From: Octopus vulgaris
Lineage: Eukaryota
Assembly (NCBI GenBank): GCA_951406725.2
Contig: OX597821.1
Span: 42,780,001-42,844,000 of the forward strand
Direction: 5' to 3'
Length of the DNA stretch: 64,000 nt
Positions 54,155 to 64,000 of this stretch are shown here, in pieces. Both the position numbers and the translations under genes were made by a program. Below the pieces are notes generated by a model. The model ran no database searches. It was not told the DNA's origin and was given only the letters and a program-made list of their open reading frames with translations. Each line of letters begins with the position of its first letter. Within the stretch, counting starts at the first letter, position 1.

Positions 54155-57100
54155 CTATAAGTATCGCCCGGCGTTGCTCGGGTTTGTAAGGGAAATAACT
54201 ATATAAGCATTTTTAGAGAGTTACTTCCCTTATAGATGCCAATTCGGGCTTTCTTAGCCATTTCTGTTTTGGTGTCTTCAAGCCATGAAGTCGTTGTTCT
54301 AAAAGAACGCTGGTCTCCTTGACAACGCTTTATGACGTTGATTTCCTTACACTCACTTCCCCACAGCTTCACGAGGGAGGGAAGAAGGGGGAGAAGCAAA
54401 CAGGTGCACGTGTGACCATGGACGCCAACTCCACCGCCATCGACACACGAAAAATTATGCATTAAAATGGAATAAAAAATGATGTTAAATTATTTTTTAA
54501 ATCGTAGACTCATCGTAGACGCGCGCTAATACTTAGACGGGCTCGATATGAATCATGACTATAAGATACCCGAATTTGGTTAAACTGCACCACAAAATGT
54601 GGGAGTAGTTAGGAATCTAAATTGAAGGGGACAGACACTCACACAACTACAGTTTTATATATATAGATATATAAATAATTTCATTTGGGTATTAACCCTG
54701 GTATTTACCCTATTAAGCTCAGCTACCAGACAAGACAATCATCTAGAGAGTGTTTGTTTTATCAAACACCTGTCTGAAAATCAACAAATATCTGTAGAGA
54801 TTTTACAATTACAAACAAGAAGAATGGAATGAGCAAGTCTTTTTAATACATTCATTTACAATTGTTTCATCTGAACTTGATCTCATCAATCTTGCTGTAT
54901 TATGCAATAATACATACACTCTTGATTACTCTGCAAGTGGTATTGAATGGCACATGCTAAAATCAGACTTATCATAATTACATATAAAAGCACATGACTT
55001 ATATGCATTCCTGATGAGTCTGATTTGGTCATCATTTCAATTGCACCTGATGAATCAATAGCTGCAAATATTATTGCATAATATAGTAAGATTGATGAGA
55101 TCAAATTCAGATAAAACAATTGCAAATGAATGTATTAAAAAGACTTACTCACTGCATCCCTTCTTGTTTAGAATTATATCACTATCCTTACGAACAACAA
55201 AGTTTGTTTGTTTATTTGTTTGTTCATTGACTGCTGAAAACTCTAAATAAAATTGATAATATTTTGGGTTTTTGTGTCATTTCAATTAATTTGATCATTC
55301 TGCAGATAACTGTGCATCTATTTTTCAAAAATGGAATGGTGGGGGCCAAGTTGGTGGTGTATTGGCTCCTATTTCTAGTAATCTACATACTACCTATTTC
55401 ACTTTAAGTTTTCTTTTACAGATAGGGTATACTTACACAAGAGTGCTCCAGCAAATTTGTTTCTTCATAACTTTAGGAAAAATGGATATCTTTAAATAAA
55501 ATTTTCTACAAATATGCTTCTAATAATGTAGATTCCAACTATATCAGAATTTACATTATTTACATTTGATGGATATTTGTCCTCCAGAGCTTGTTGTTAA
55601 CACAACGTTTCGGATGATATGCCCTCCAGCCTTCTTCAGGGGTCTTGGGGGAAATTTCGAACCTGGGTTCTCATTCCTAAGGTATTTTTCGATGTTATTA
55701 TTATTATTATTATTATTATTGTTATTGTTCAGGTCACTGCTTGGAATCGAACTCAGAATCTTGGGGTTAGTAGCCCGTGCTCTTAACCACTACGCCATAT
55801 GCCCATGGGCATAGTGGTTAAGAGTGCATAGTGGCGCAGTGGTTAAGAGCGCAGGCTCTTAACTAAGATTCCAAGCAGTGACCTGAACAACAACAACAAC
55901 GACGACGATGACGACGACGACGATGAAAAATACCTTAGGAATGAGAACCTAGGTTTGAAATTTCCCCAAGACACCTGAAGAAGGCTGGAAGGTATATCAG
56001 CTGAAACGTGTTAAAAACAAGCAAGATGAGGACAAATATCCGTCGAATGTAAATAATGTAAATAATGTACATAATTCCTCATCTCTTAAATATAGAACTG
56101 TATATCAGAATTTGTTGTGAAATCCTTTTCTCACTCTGATCAAAGCTGAATTGTTTGAGAACAGAAATATGTATATACTAGGACCACAACTATTGTCAAC
56201 ACCAGTACAACTAACACCACAACAACAGTGACATCTCCACTACAACTATCAAGATTACCACCACCTAGACTAACAATACTCCTTTTTCAGAAAACAGAAG
56301 AATTTTAAAAAATGGTATAAATGTGTGTGTTTGTTTGTTTGTAAGAGGAGAAAGAAGGAGGAAGGAAAGGAGGAGTGAATAGACATGCTTTCTTCTACCT
56401 ACTCTCTCCTTTCTCCCCTCCTTTCTCCTCTTACAAACAAACAAAACAACATACCCACACACATACATCATTTAAAAAAAATTCTAATGTATATATTCAC
56501 AAACATGTTAATATGTATATAATGAGAGAGGAGGAGAGAAAAAGAAAGAGATACTTTTGAAAACAATGACTGAATCAAGAAAAACATCTTGAATTGTAAT
56601 TAAATTTCAATGGGTTGACCATGTGGATACAATATAATTGAAAAGAAACCTCTTTCTCTGTGTCTCTCCTCTTTGCTTCTATTTCTCTTTCTCACTTGAC
56701 CTTCTTCCTATCTTACTCTCTTCCTCCCTTTCTCCAAAAAACAAAATTTCGCCTCTTTTAAACAAAACAAAACAACATCTGCTTTTAGATTTATATAAAA
56801 GATCAAGAAACTTGAAGAGTTTGGCTGAATGAATGAAAGTGCTAACAAAGAATTATCCACCCCTCCAAAAGCATGTGAATTATCTGAGCCCCTCACCCTC
56901 TCCCATCACAAAAATTGAAAAAAAAAAAAATAGTGCACTAGGTGTAAAATAATGTGTAGTAAAAAATATGAAGAAAAAATTGGAGCGAGGACTTGGAACA
57001 CACCTGATGTGAATTTTCTGAGTCGTCTCTTTGCCCTCCTGTTTGCCAGCATGCATTTACTTTACATATTTGTTTACTACATGTTGTTTTACACCTATTA

Positions 57101-58755
57101 CACTATTTATTTTTCATTTTTTGTCCTCATCTTGTTTGTTGTTAAACTGTTTCAACTCCCCACCCCACCTTGCTTTATTCATACACACTTTCTTTTGTCC
57201 CCCATGACCAAAAATTTCTCTTCTCTTCAAAGTATTGAATTCCCCCAGTATTGAATTCTGTGATTAGGCTAAAACTACTATATTGTCTACCACTGACCCC
57301 CCACCCCATCCAATTTTTCCCTTCTCTCATTTCCCTATACTTTTTATTCATTTATTTATATTTATTTTTCTCTCTCTTCTTTCTTCCCTTCTTCTATTAC
57401 TTATTTCTCCCCTCATTTGTATACCCCTCACATATTGTGCCCTCCACAGGCTGATTGAATCTTTGCTTCAACGTGTACCTCCTGTGTGACAATGTAGCCT
57501 TTAATCTAATCCCAGTATCCTTGGCCTGAAGAGTAGCTGGCGGTATACACCTCACTTGGATTTTACGAGGTTCCACTATAAAACATATGTAGCCCAGATT
57601 TCTCATACTCCATTCTGTAACTCTTGTATTCTTTTCTGTACACTTGGCAACCCTGGCTGCCTACCAAGGAATATAAAAAGAACTTTTTATCAGCTCATTG
57701 TTCTTCCAGAAAAGACAAAAAAGTCGGCAACCTTCCATCTTATTATACCACTATTGTTCCTGAAAGTTGTTTTTTTATATTCACTATGGATTGCTTGAAG
57801 CTAACTATCTTCCTACACCTCAATCCCTGGATCTTACATTTACATATATATATATATGTATTTAGCATTTAGTCATAAGGTGCACATATTAAATTTTTAT
57901 TAAAATTCAGCACTTATTCTATTGGTCTCTTTTGTCAAACCATTAAGTTACAGGAATGTAAACAAACCAGTATTGGTTGTCATGCAGTGGTGAGGGGGAC
58001 TAACACACACACACACTAGGGGCACGTAATGTGTTTTTAAGCAATTAGTTGGACATCATACCATAGATAGTTTACAAGCTAATTAAAAAGTGTGCTTGCA
58101 ATCAACTGATTAGCAAAGAGTCAATGACCAAAGGTTAATGTGTACAAATGCTATTTGTGGATATGCTCTATCTGATAGACCAAGATTTAATGAGCTGCAT
58201 TTTTAGTATTGCATTTTGGATGAATTTCACAAGGGGGCCTCAATGCAAACGTGTTCAAGGGGAAACCATATGTGTTTCATGACACTGAATATTTCATCTA
58301 TCTACATCTGCATTTAGATTAAATATAAAAATTAGATTTACCACAAAATAGGCTTCAGTAAAAGACTTAATGAAGTTAATGAAGATAAAGTTCATTTAGA
58401 TTCAGGAAAGGTTTGTTATTTGTTGAAAAGGAAACCATGTAGCCCAATGGGAATGGAGTTTTGAAAGAAGTATTATAAAAAAATGTTTAAGAAGTGAGCT
58501 GAGAGCTGAGATAATAGCAGACAAAAGAGAACTCAGAGATAAGCATACGCATGACTGGGGAATGACCTTAGTGATAAAAGGATACATACCAGCTTTAAAA
58601 TAGCCTAGAAGAAAAACATCATCATCTCTTACTGGCATATCTGGAAGTCTGTCCATATTTTCTTGAACATTTGGAAATGGAGGTAGCAAAAATCCATTGT
58701 AATCATAGCTGAGTATTTGACATCCGGCAGGATCTTTATGGTAAACTTCAGGCAT
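40648..58755 (-). CDS. Cytosolic sulfotransferase (Sulfotransfer_1 / SULT1-like), spliced gene with 5 coding exons, 288 aa
   Basis: Exons of 166+324+104+163+110 = 867 nt join in frame with GT-AG introns and matching phases (1,1,0,1). Motifs: 5'-PSB loop GYFKAGCHW, catalytic His in SPRVLNNHL, 3'-PB motif RNPRDIAVSAYHH, YGNW, YEDLKKDP, RKGVVGDWKNWF and dimerisation motif KNWFTVSQNE. Confidence 0.93.
40955..41160 (+). mobile_element. CR1/L2-type LINE 3' end with (ATT)n tail
   Basis: Translates as FFTLRVAEAWNKLPASVV, matching the FFxxRVxxxWNxLP terminus of CR1-group ORF2, followed by a short UTR and (ATT)n. Confidence 0.72.
41180..42260 (+). mobile_element. RTE LINE 3' fragment with internal deletions and 67-bp tandem repeats (SULT intron 4)
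   Basis: [12 protein letters not shown] motif. ORF starts at 41751/41818/41885/41952 reflect the 67-bp period. Confidence 0.85.
42303..42830 (-). mobile_element. RTE LINE 3'UTR/tail fragment (SULT intron 4)
   Basis: (CAT)n plus reverse-complement tail; closely similar to 4205-4568. Confidence 0.85.
42920..43202 (+). mobile_element. SINE family 1 (SULT intron 4)
   Basis: gggttcagtcccactatgtggcaccttgggcaagtgtc...aaagaataagtcctggggtcgatttg. Confidence 0.83.
43944..44106 (-). CDS. Sulfotransferase coding exon 4 (DPVGNVAKVSKFLG...CSFSKM...LYRK-G)
   Basis: Acceptor tttactttag|GAT and donor G|GTACAG. FLG, SFxxM and RKG motifs. Confidence 0.92.
46003..46941 (-). mobile_element. Non-autonomous Tc1/mariner-superfamily element with ~110-bp TIRs, left TIR split by a SINE
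   Basis: ta-cagagttcttcaaaaagaaagagcagattttaaattt... is inverted to ...aaatttgaaatctgctctttctttttgaataaccctg-ta. The TIR resumes at 46475-46532 against 46830-46890. Internal MMTPQEKSLCVLQF resembles a transposase N-terminus. Confidence 0.72.
46056..46474 (+). mobile_element. SINE family 1, full length, nested in a DNA-transposon TIR
   Basis: Complete head-to-tail copy ending in (gagtaaaa) repeats. Confidence 0.88.
46987..48100. repeat. Diverged ~560-bp tandem duplication (SULT intron 3)
   Basis: cattcaaaaactgagttgc...gggtatcaaaagattca at ~46988 and ~47548. Both units end with ttctgctctcttcaaagcataaagaaa. Confidence 0.8.
48190..48390 (-). mobile_element. SINE family 2 with internal deletion (SULT intron 3)
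   Basis: Matches 21803-22035. tgccataaaataatttct occurs on both sides (48172 and 48424). Confidence 0.8.
50135..50238 (-). CDS. Sulfotransferase coding exon 3 (LNYGNWFQYMLQWEKDIKDHPDLPILIVKYEDLKK)
   Basis: Acceptor tattttccag and donor AAG|GTGAAA. YGxW and YEDLK motifs. Too short for the ORF track. Confidence 0.92.
50402..51270 (+). mobile_element. Internally deleted mariner element with both ~30-bp TIRs (SULT intron 2)
   Basis: TIRs tgaggtggcatcaaaaagttcctggactagt and actagtctgggaactctttgataccacctca. Transposase remnants RTSLEDDEQSGRP and PHSLYSSDLVSMDFYLF (YSPDLAPxD motif). Confidence 0.87.
51422..51862 (+). mobile_element. Two older tandem SINE family 2-related copies (SULT intron 2)
   Basis: gagctggcag...ttctgagt(t/c)caaatcc...tttcatcc...aagtaccagtcaag occurs twice. 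Confidence 0.7.
52559..52882 (-). CDS. Sulfotransferase coding exon 2 (CHWMWEI...SPRVLNNHL...RNPRDIAVS...FLEGK)
   Basis: Acceptor ttttcaaacatag|GT and donor T|GTAAGC. Overlaps ORF 52521..52871 with SULT motifs. Confidence 0.93.
53020..53391 (+). mobile_element. Non-autonomous Helitron (SULT intron 1)
   Basis: A|TC 5' end, sub-terminal hairpin cccgagcaacgccggg and CTAG|T 3' end. Near-identical inverted copy at 59471-59856. Confidence 0.85.
53400..53572 (-). mobile_element. (TA)n-flanked short repeat with a hammerhead-like motif; homologous copy at 21603-21795, related pair at 516-666 (+) and 2257-2425 (-)
   Basis: Minus strand 53535-53501 reads gttt-CTGATGA-a-GAGC-tct-GCTC-AAAA-cg-TA-aaac. 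The 21690-21728 copy keeps CTGACGA and GAAA but has stem II mutations. Confidence 0.65.
54155..54667 (-). mobile_element. Non-autonomous Helitron of a related family (shared 3' end, different interior)
   Basis: Shares ~65 bp including the hairpin with the other two copies. 5' end A|TCTATATATATAAA; terminal CTAG mutated. Confidence 0.75.
55553..56100. mobile_element. Head-to-head inverted dimer of a tRNA-headed element with a hammerhead-like tail; 13-bp TSD
   Basis: TSD tatatcagaattt at 55540-55552 and 56101-56113. Symmetry centre gcccatgggc at 55801-55810. Pol III box A TGGCGTAGTGG and box B GAGTTCGATTCC on the minus-strand arm. Confidence 0.8.
57521..57596 (+). ncRNA. Degenerate hammerhead-ribozyme-like motif in a PLE-like terminal repeat relic
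   Basis: ggc-CTGAAGA-gtag...ctat-AAAA-catatg-TA-gcc, with palindromic stem III ACATATGT; G12 is mutated to A. Confidence 0.5.
58590..58755 (-). CDS. Sulfotransferase coding exon 1 (MPEVYHKDPAG...VRDDDVFLLGYFKA-G)
   Basis: ATG at 58755 with an in-frame TAG just upstream. Acceptor ttttcacag places the exon start at 58775, implying an upstream 5'UTR exon. Donor G|GTATGT at 58589. Confidence 0.88.
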
Positions 58756-58899
58756 GTTGTAACTCTATGGAATCTCTGTGAAAATACAATATTTCATATA
58801 TGAATCAAATATATGTGTGTGTGTGTGCATGTGTATACATACAAATATACATATATATAGATATATGTATGTATACATATATATGTGTGTGTGTGTACG

Positions 58900-59213
58900 T
58901 ATATTCTTCTTAGGTCCGTTGGTGCCTATGAGTGGCACATCGGGGGCAGTCAGTGATCCCCAGTTACCGCCATCTCTGGTCAACTGGTATGCTCTTCTCA
59001 GGTGATGTTCAGCCTGCATAGGTCGTCTTTGAAGGTACCATGCCATGTCTTCTTTGGCCAGCCTCTTTTTCTCTCACCTTCCAGTGGGATCCAGTCCATG
59101 GCTGTTTTAGCAAGCCTTTCCTCTGGCAGTCTTAGTATGTGTCCAGCCATTTTCATTCGAATTTCAGTTGCAGTTTGCATGCAGGAGCATTGTTCTTGGT
59201 GCTTGGAGAACAA
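58900..59213 (-). mobile_element. 3' end of a different RTE-like LINE family
   Basis: ORF 58998..59213 reads MAGHILRLPEERLAKTAMDWIPLEGERKRGWPKKTW, a typical RTE C-terminal GH..R / RKRGRP..TW region. Confidence 0.75.
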
Positions 59214-59470
59214 CCAATCAGCACAGAATCAATGACCAAAGGTTAATGTGTACAAATGCTGTTTGTGGATAGACCAAGATTTAATGAGCTGCATATGCGG
59301 CATTGCACAATGAATTGTATGATGTAAAAAAAGAAAAGGAAAAAATGTTTCATAGGCTTATTAAATGAACCTTACTTGTCAGTCTTGTATATTGGAAAGG
59401 AAATCCTATGCATTACTGACATGATGAGTTGATTGCTTTGAGAGTACCTTTTTCAATATTTATGCTTAAA

Positions 59471-59856
59471 CTAGCAGTATCGCCCGGCGTTGCTCAGGTT
59501 TGTAAGGGAAATAACTATAAAGCATTTTTAGAGAGTTATAGCCAAAAAATAGCAAAAAAATGGAAAAAAAAACGATGGTAAATTTTTTTTGAGAGTTAAA
59601 AAAGGTCGAGTTGCGTCCCCTAGACAGTCTGTGGTTTGTGTTTCTGATTCTCGACCCCATGTCGAATTTATCGATTTTTTTCAGAACTGGGGGAACTTTT
59701 CAAAATTTTCGCTGCGTTAGTTTTGAATTACGACATTGGGCTATGTGTGTGTCAAGTTTCATCAGAATCGGTTGAAAGCCGTGGTCAGGGTGAGGGTACA
59801 ACCAAACAGACACACAGAAACACACACAGACAAACTGCCGTTTATATAGAGTGAGA
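59471..59856 (-). mobile_element. Non-autonomous Helitron, same family as 53020-53391
   Basis: Reverse complement of the 53020 copy over its full length, with TC...hairpin...CTAG ends. Confidence 0.85.
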
Positions 59857-60244
59857 TAAGCATTTATTTTTACATTCAAATGTTTTTTTTTCTTTACAGA
59901 TTACTTTATATCATAATGTTTACATCTGTATTAACTTTACCCTTTGAAAAATAGTTTAGGTCAGACCCACAGCAGACACTGCATGGTGCATGCATCAAAA
60001 AAGGCCCCATCAGCAATGGAAGTGAAAAGAAATATTTGTTTTGTCTATGGAAATGGTTTAAGTGTCTGGACATGTGAATGAGGGTTTGGCCAGTTTCATC
60101 AGGAGATTATTTTCTTATAGACTCCCCTCAATCTGGAAGACTAAGCTCTGTTAATATTGAACTTCTGACGTTACTGTAGACTATTGTAAAGCATTGTAAC
60201 TAAGAGCTGCAAACTATTCTAAAATAAAAAATTATTTCAGTATA

Positions 60245-60690
60245 TACCTGTGGCAGCTGAGGACTTGTGTAGGCTTGAAAGAAATGAAACCAGTATGCTT
60301 CACTGGATGTGCAATGTCAGTGTACATGTATGACAGGGTGTAAAAGTCTTGAGAGAAAGGTTAGGCATCAGATGTGGTGTGCAAGAGAGAGACAACTGCA
60401 TTGGTATGGTCATGTGATGCATATGGATATGGACAGCTGTATGAAGAAGTGCTGATCTCTAACTGTGGGAGGAAGCTGTGGAAGAGGGAGACCCAGGAAG
60501 ACATGGGATGAGGTAGTGAAGCATGATCTTCAAACATTGGGCCTCAAGGAGGCAATGACAAGTGACTGAAACCTTTGGTGATATGCTGTGCTTGAGAAGA
60601 CCCATCAAGCCTAGTGAAATCATAGTCGTGGCCAATGCTGGTGTCACATAACTGGCACCGGTGCTGGTGGCATATAAAAAGCACCTTAGT
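60245..60690 (+). mobile_element. RTE LINE 3' ORF fragment
   Basis: RLERNE, WYGHV and [16 protein letters not shown] coding remnants. Confidence 0.85.
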
Positions 60691-62121
60691 CCACGCGCTA
60701 AGAAAAAAACAATTCCGTGAATACTTTACCAGGCAGTGCTGGGTAGTAAGTCTAGTGATTATTAAAAATATTTAAAAAAACCTTAATATTTTCATGAACG
60801 TTAATAGAAGCAGAGTTCCCTCGGTAAATTCATTTACAAATGCTGTTTGCCTTCAATCTTATAAAAGACATAATATTCCGTAAATTGTTCCAATACTTTT
60901 TGCATGCAACGCTTATTTTATAAGTATTTTATATAAATTATTTTGGGAGAAAATTGCGAATCTAAATGGAACATTTTCTAAAAATTGTTTTTTAATATTA
61001 GTAAAAATCCATTCTATTCTATGTATAAAAAATTATCATGACGAGTTTACATTTAGATTTAATTGAAAATTGCTTAATTATAACCTGCAGGTTTTACAAG
61101 TATTATTGTAATTAACTAGCTCCCTCAGGTATGAATTTTAAAAAAAATTAGCAATCACACCTTATCTCTGGAAGTACACCAATTCAGGTAGAATTTACAG
61201 TACTTATGCTGCAGGATGAACTGCTATTGGTCAAATGTCTGCAGAAAATATGTGAGTATTATTTCAAAGGTAGTCTTGGCGAAATTTTATAAAGGGGTTA
61301 GCAATTAAACAAAACTGAAATATTTTATAACCCCAAACAGGAAGCTAATGTATGGGAGATAAAAGTAACAAGAACCAGATTTTTAATTTACAGAACATAA
61401 CATACAGGTGATTTAATCAAATATTAAAATACCAAAGAGTTACCAGAATGTAAGTAGTATATCATACAGGGGAAGAGTTTGACAGGAAACTTGTGATTCA
61501 TATGATGAGAAAAATACACAGAGTACTTCACAAGTGTGAAATATGGTAGTGAGACAAATAGAGTGCTTCAGTTGATTTACAGTGATGAGAGAGGCAAGGA
61601 GAAAATGAGTTTAGTAGAAGTTTTGTAGTTTGAGAAAGATGAAGGGAGATACGTAGGAAGATGGTTACAATTAGTTACTTAGCTATGTCAGGTTGGCCAG
61701 AGATAAATATATATCAATAACAAATGTGTATGTGCTTTTGTGTACACATCATACACACACATGTATTCACTATATTCTAAATAGCATTTCTTCTTAAAAA
61801 AATAGTATCTGCTTGTTACTTGTTTTTCTCTTTGAAAAAACCCCCCAAAAACTAACTTTTTTAAAAGTTAAAACTAACCCAGCATGCTATTGGCTCTTTT
61901 TAATACAATTGTAGAAACAGTCATAATCACTTTTTAAAAGTGCATTACAAATTGTTTTAAATTAAATTATAGATTTTCAGTCTTTTACTATGCAAAATTT
62001 GATAACATATGTTGCAGTTATTTAAATCGATATTTAAGGAAACAATAGTTTTAAAGTGACAGTAGTCAGTATAAAAATATAAATAAACAGTAACATGAAA
62101 CCAATATAAATAGAATAATAT

Positions 62122-62800
62122 ACAAGGGTTGGCTGAAATATCATAGGCAGACTAAGATATTCTCATTGAATGCAACCACAAAAGGTTTATTTTTCAACAT
62201 AATCCCCTTTGCAGTCTACACACTTCTATTATGATCATCTCGGTGTACTTTTGACCATGTACCCGAAGACAGGGCAGCTACTGAGCAGAAACCTTCATCA
62301 TGCCAAATTCATTGAGCAGAATATTCTCAACTCTCTCACAGAATATGTTAATAGCATAGGTTATTTGATCAATAATCAACCACATGTCATCCATCACCAT
62401 GTGGTAAACACAATCAATATTTCTGTCAGTGGTAGCAGAAACGTTCATCATGCCTAGTGCATAGTGCAGAATATTCTCAGCTCTGTCACGGGACATGCTA
62501 GCAGCAGCAACTATTTGATGACAGTTGCCTGTCATCCATTACCATGTGGTGAACACGATCAATGTTTTCTCTAGTAATGACAGCTGTAGGATTTACAGAC
62601 CTTGGGACATCTTGAAAACTCTCCTTTCCACTCACTTTTGCACTTTTGATGAAGTTGGAATGTCATCCCCTAATGAAGCAACCATGTGGGTATGAATGTC
62701 CTTCAGAGCAAAACCTTTTTCTGCAGATACTTGATAAGTGGCATTTGTTGTCGGGGATCACTTAGCTTAATGATACAGAGAACTGAATGGGAATTTGAGC
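62122..62800 (-). mobile_element. Degraded mariner-like relic with an internal ~150-bp tandem duplication
   Basis: HTH-region remnants NIDxVHHMVMDD..L and ENIL..LGMMxVSA occur twice (62284-62430 and 62435-62580). TIR-like acaagggttggctgaaa at the left end. Confidence 0.6.
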
Positions 62801-63567
62801 GGTACTAGGTTCAATTCTTTGTAGTGTCTTGTTAGACACATTTTTCTGTCTTCTAAGGGTATTTACTCTATCTTCTAAGCTGATTTCATTGCTATTCTGT
62901 GTTCAAGGTTTACATTTTTATTGTAATATATATACATACATATATATATATATATACATACATACATACATATACACACACATATATATATAAGCAAAAT
63001 TTAGGTTAGTTAAAATATGCTTGTAACATATTTCAACTGCTAAAAGGCACTGCATTTACTGTAGAGAAAGATTTTCTCTTAAGGTAAAAAGGTGTTCAGT
63101 GTCGCCATCTATCGGGATTCCCAGAAATTGATGTTTCTAACTCCTTAGCTTATATCAATGGGAAATACCTAAGAGGGGCAATGCTGAACAGATCTTATAA
63201 AATTAAAACTTTAAAATACAGCCAACAACATTGACTGATTTGTGTCAGTAGACTGCTAGGTCCTGGAAATTACCAAAACATTAGCATGAAGCAGTGTTTA
63301 GCCATAAGCAAAGTTTAGGTTAGTTAAAATATGTTTGTAATATATTTCAACAGCTAAAAGGCAAATTAAGTTAGTTAAAATATGTTTGTGACAATGTAAG
63401 TCTCTAGGGTAAAATCCCAGTTGTTTTCTCTTGAAGCACATCTGCTTATTCCATTATTGCAATCCAATATGTATAGTTACAAGTTACATATTAAAGTTGA
63501 AGATTCTGGAAATATTGCTTGCAGAGTTATTGTGTGTGTGTGCGTGCATGTGTGTGTATGTGTGTAT

Positions 63568-63715
63568 ATCATCATCATCATCATCATCATCGTTTAGCGT
63601 CCGTTTTCCATGCTAGCATGGGTTGGACGGTTCTACTGGGGTCTGTGAAGCCAGAAGGCTTCATCAGGCCCAGTCAAATCTGGCAGTGTTTCTACAGCTG
63701 GATGCCCTTCCTAAC

Positions 63716-63716
<1 letters not shown>
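63568..63716 (-). mobile_element. RTE LINE tail fragment
   Basis: (CAT)n plus reverse-complement tail. Confidence 0.82.
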
Positions 63717-63766
<50 letters not shown>

Positions 63767-64000
63767 CAAACATATATACTTGTATATATGAGTATGTTTG
63801 TAAATATCTAAATACATAGACTTGTTTATAACCATCTGAATCTGTACATGATTCTGTATACATTACCCAATATATGTATAGTTATGTGTGTGTGTGTATG
63901 TATATTGTCTATGTATGTATGTATACATATCTATGTATATATTTATGTATGTGTGTGCATGCGTGCACATGTGTGTGTGTGTCTTTTTGTATGTGTGTTT

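Noticed and set aside
55730-55808. Functional tRNA gene
   Set aside because: Has A and B boxes but no proper acceptor stem or oligo-T terminator, and lies within a TSD-bounded repeat; treated as a SINE-like head.
59300-64000. Upstream non-coding exon and promoter of the sulfotransferase gene
   Set aside because: Implied by the acceptor at 58776, but candidate donors (for example near 59375) cannot be discriminated without transcript data.

Overview
AT-rich, microsatellite-dense eukaryotic genomic DNA. The repeat landscape (RTE LINEs with (GAT)n tails, two tRNA-derived SINE families, heavy (TA)n/(CA)n load) suggests an octopus or other cephalopod; this is inferred from repeat types, not from a search. 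One complete host gene can be assembled by hand: a minus-strand cytosolic (PAPS-dependent) sulfotransferase with five coding exons (58755-58590, 52882-52559, 50238-50135, 44106-43944, 40757-40648; 867 nt, 288 aa) and a non-canonical P-loop (GYFKAGCHW). A second minus-strand transcript may start at a CpG-enriched patch near 13 kb. The rest is mobile-element debris: degenerate RTE LINEs, a Penelope-like element with pseudo-LTRs, mariner/Tc1 relics, non-autonomous Helitrons, MITEs, SINEs and fold-back elements. The most striking unexplained signal is a recurring set of minimal type-I hammerhead-ribozyme-like motifs in several unrelated short repeats, many next to (TA)n tracts. These include a tRNA-headed, hammerhead-tailed element inserted as an inverted dimer with a 13-bp target duplication. 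Most ORFs in the supplied track are microsatellite artefacts. There is a 100-N assembly gap at 34309-34408. Repeat boundaries are approximate unless stated as exact.
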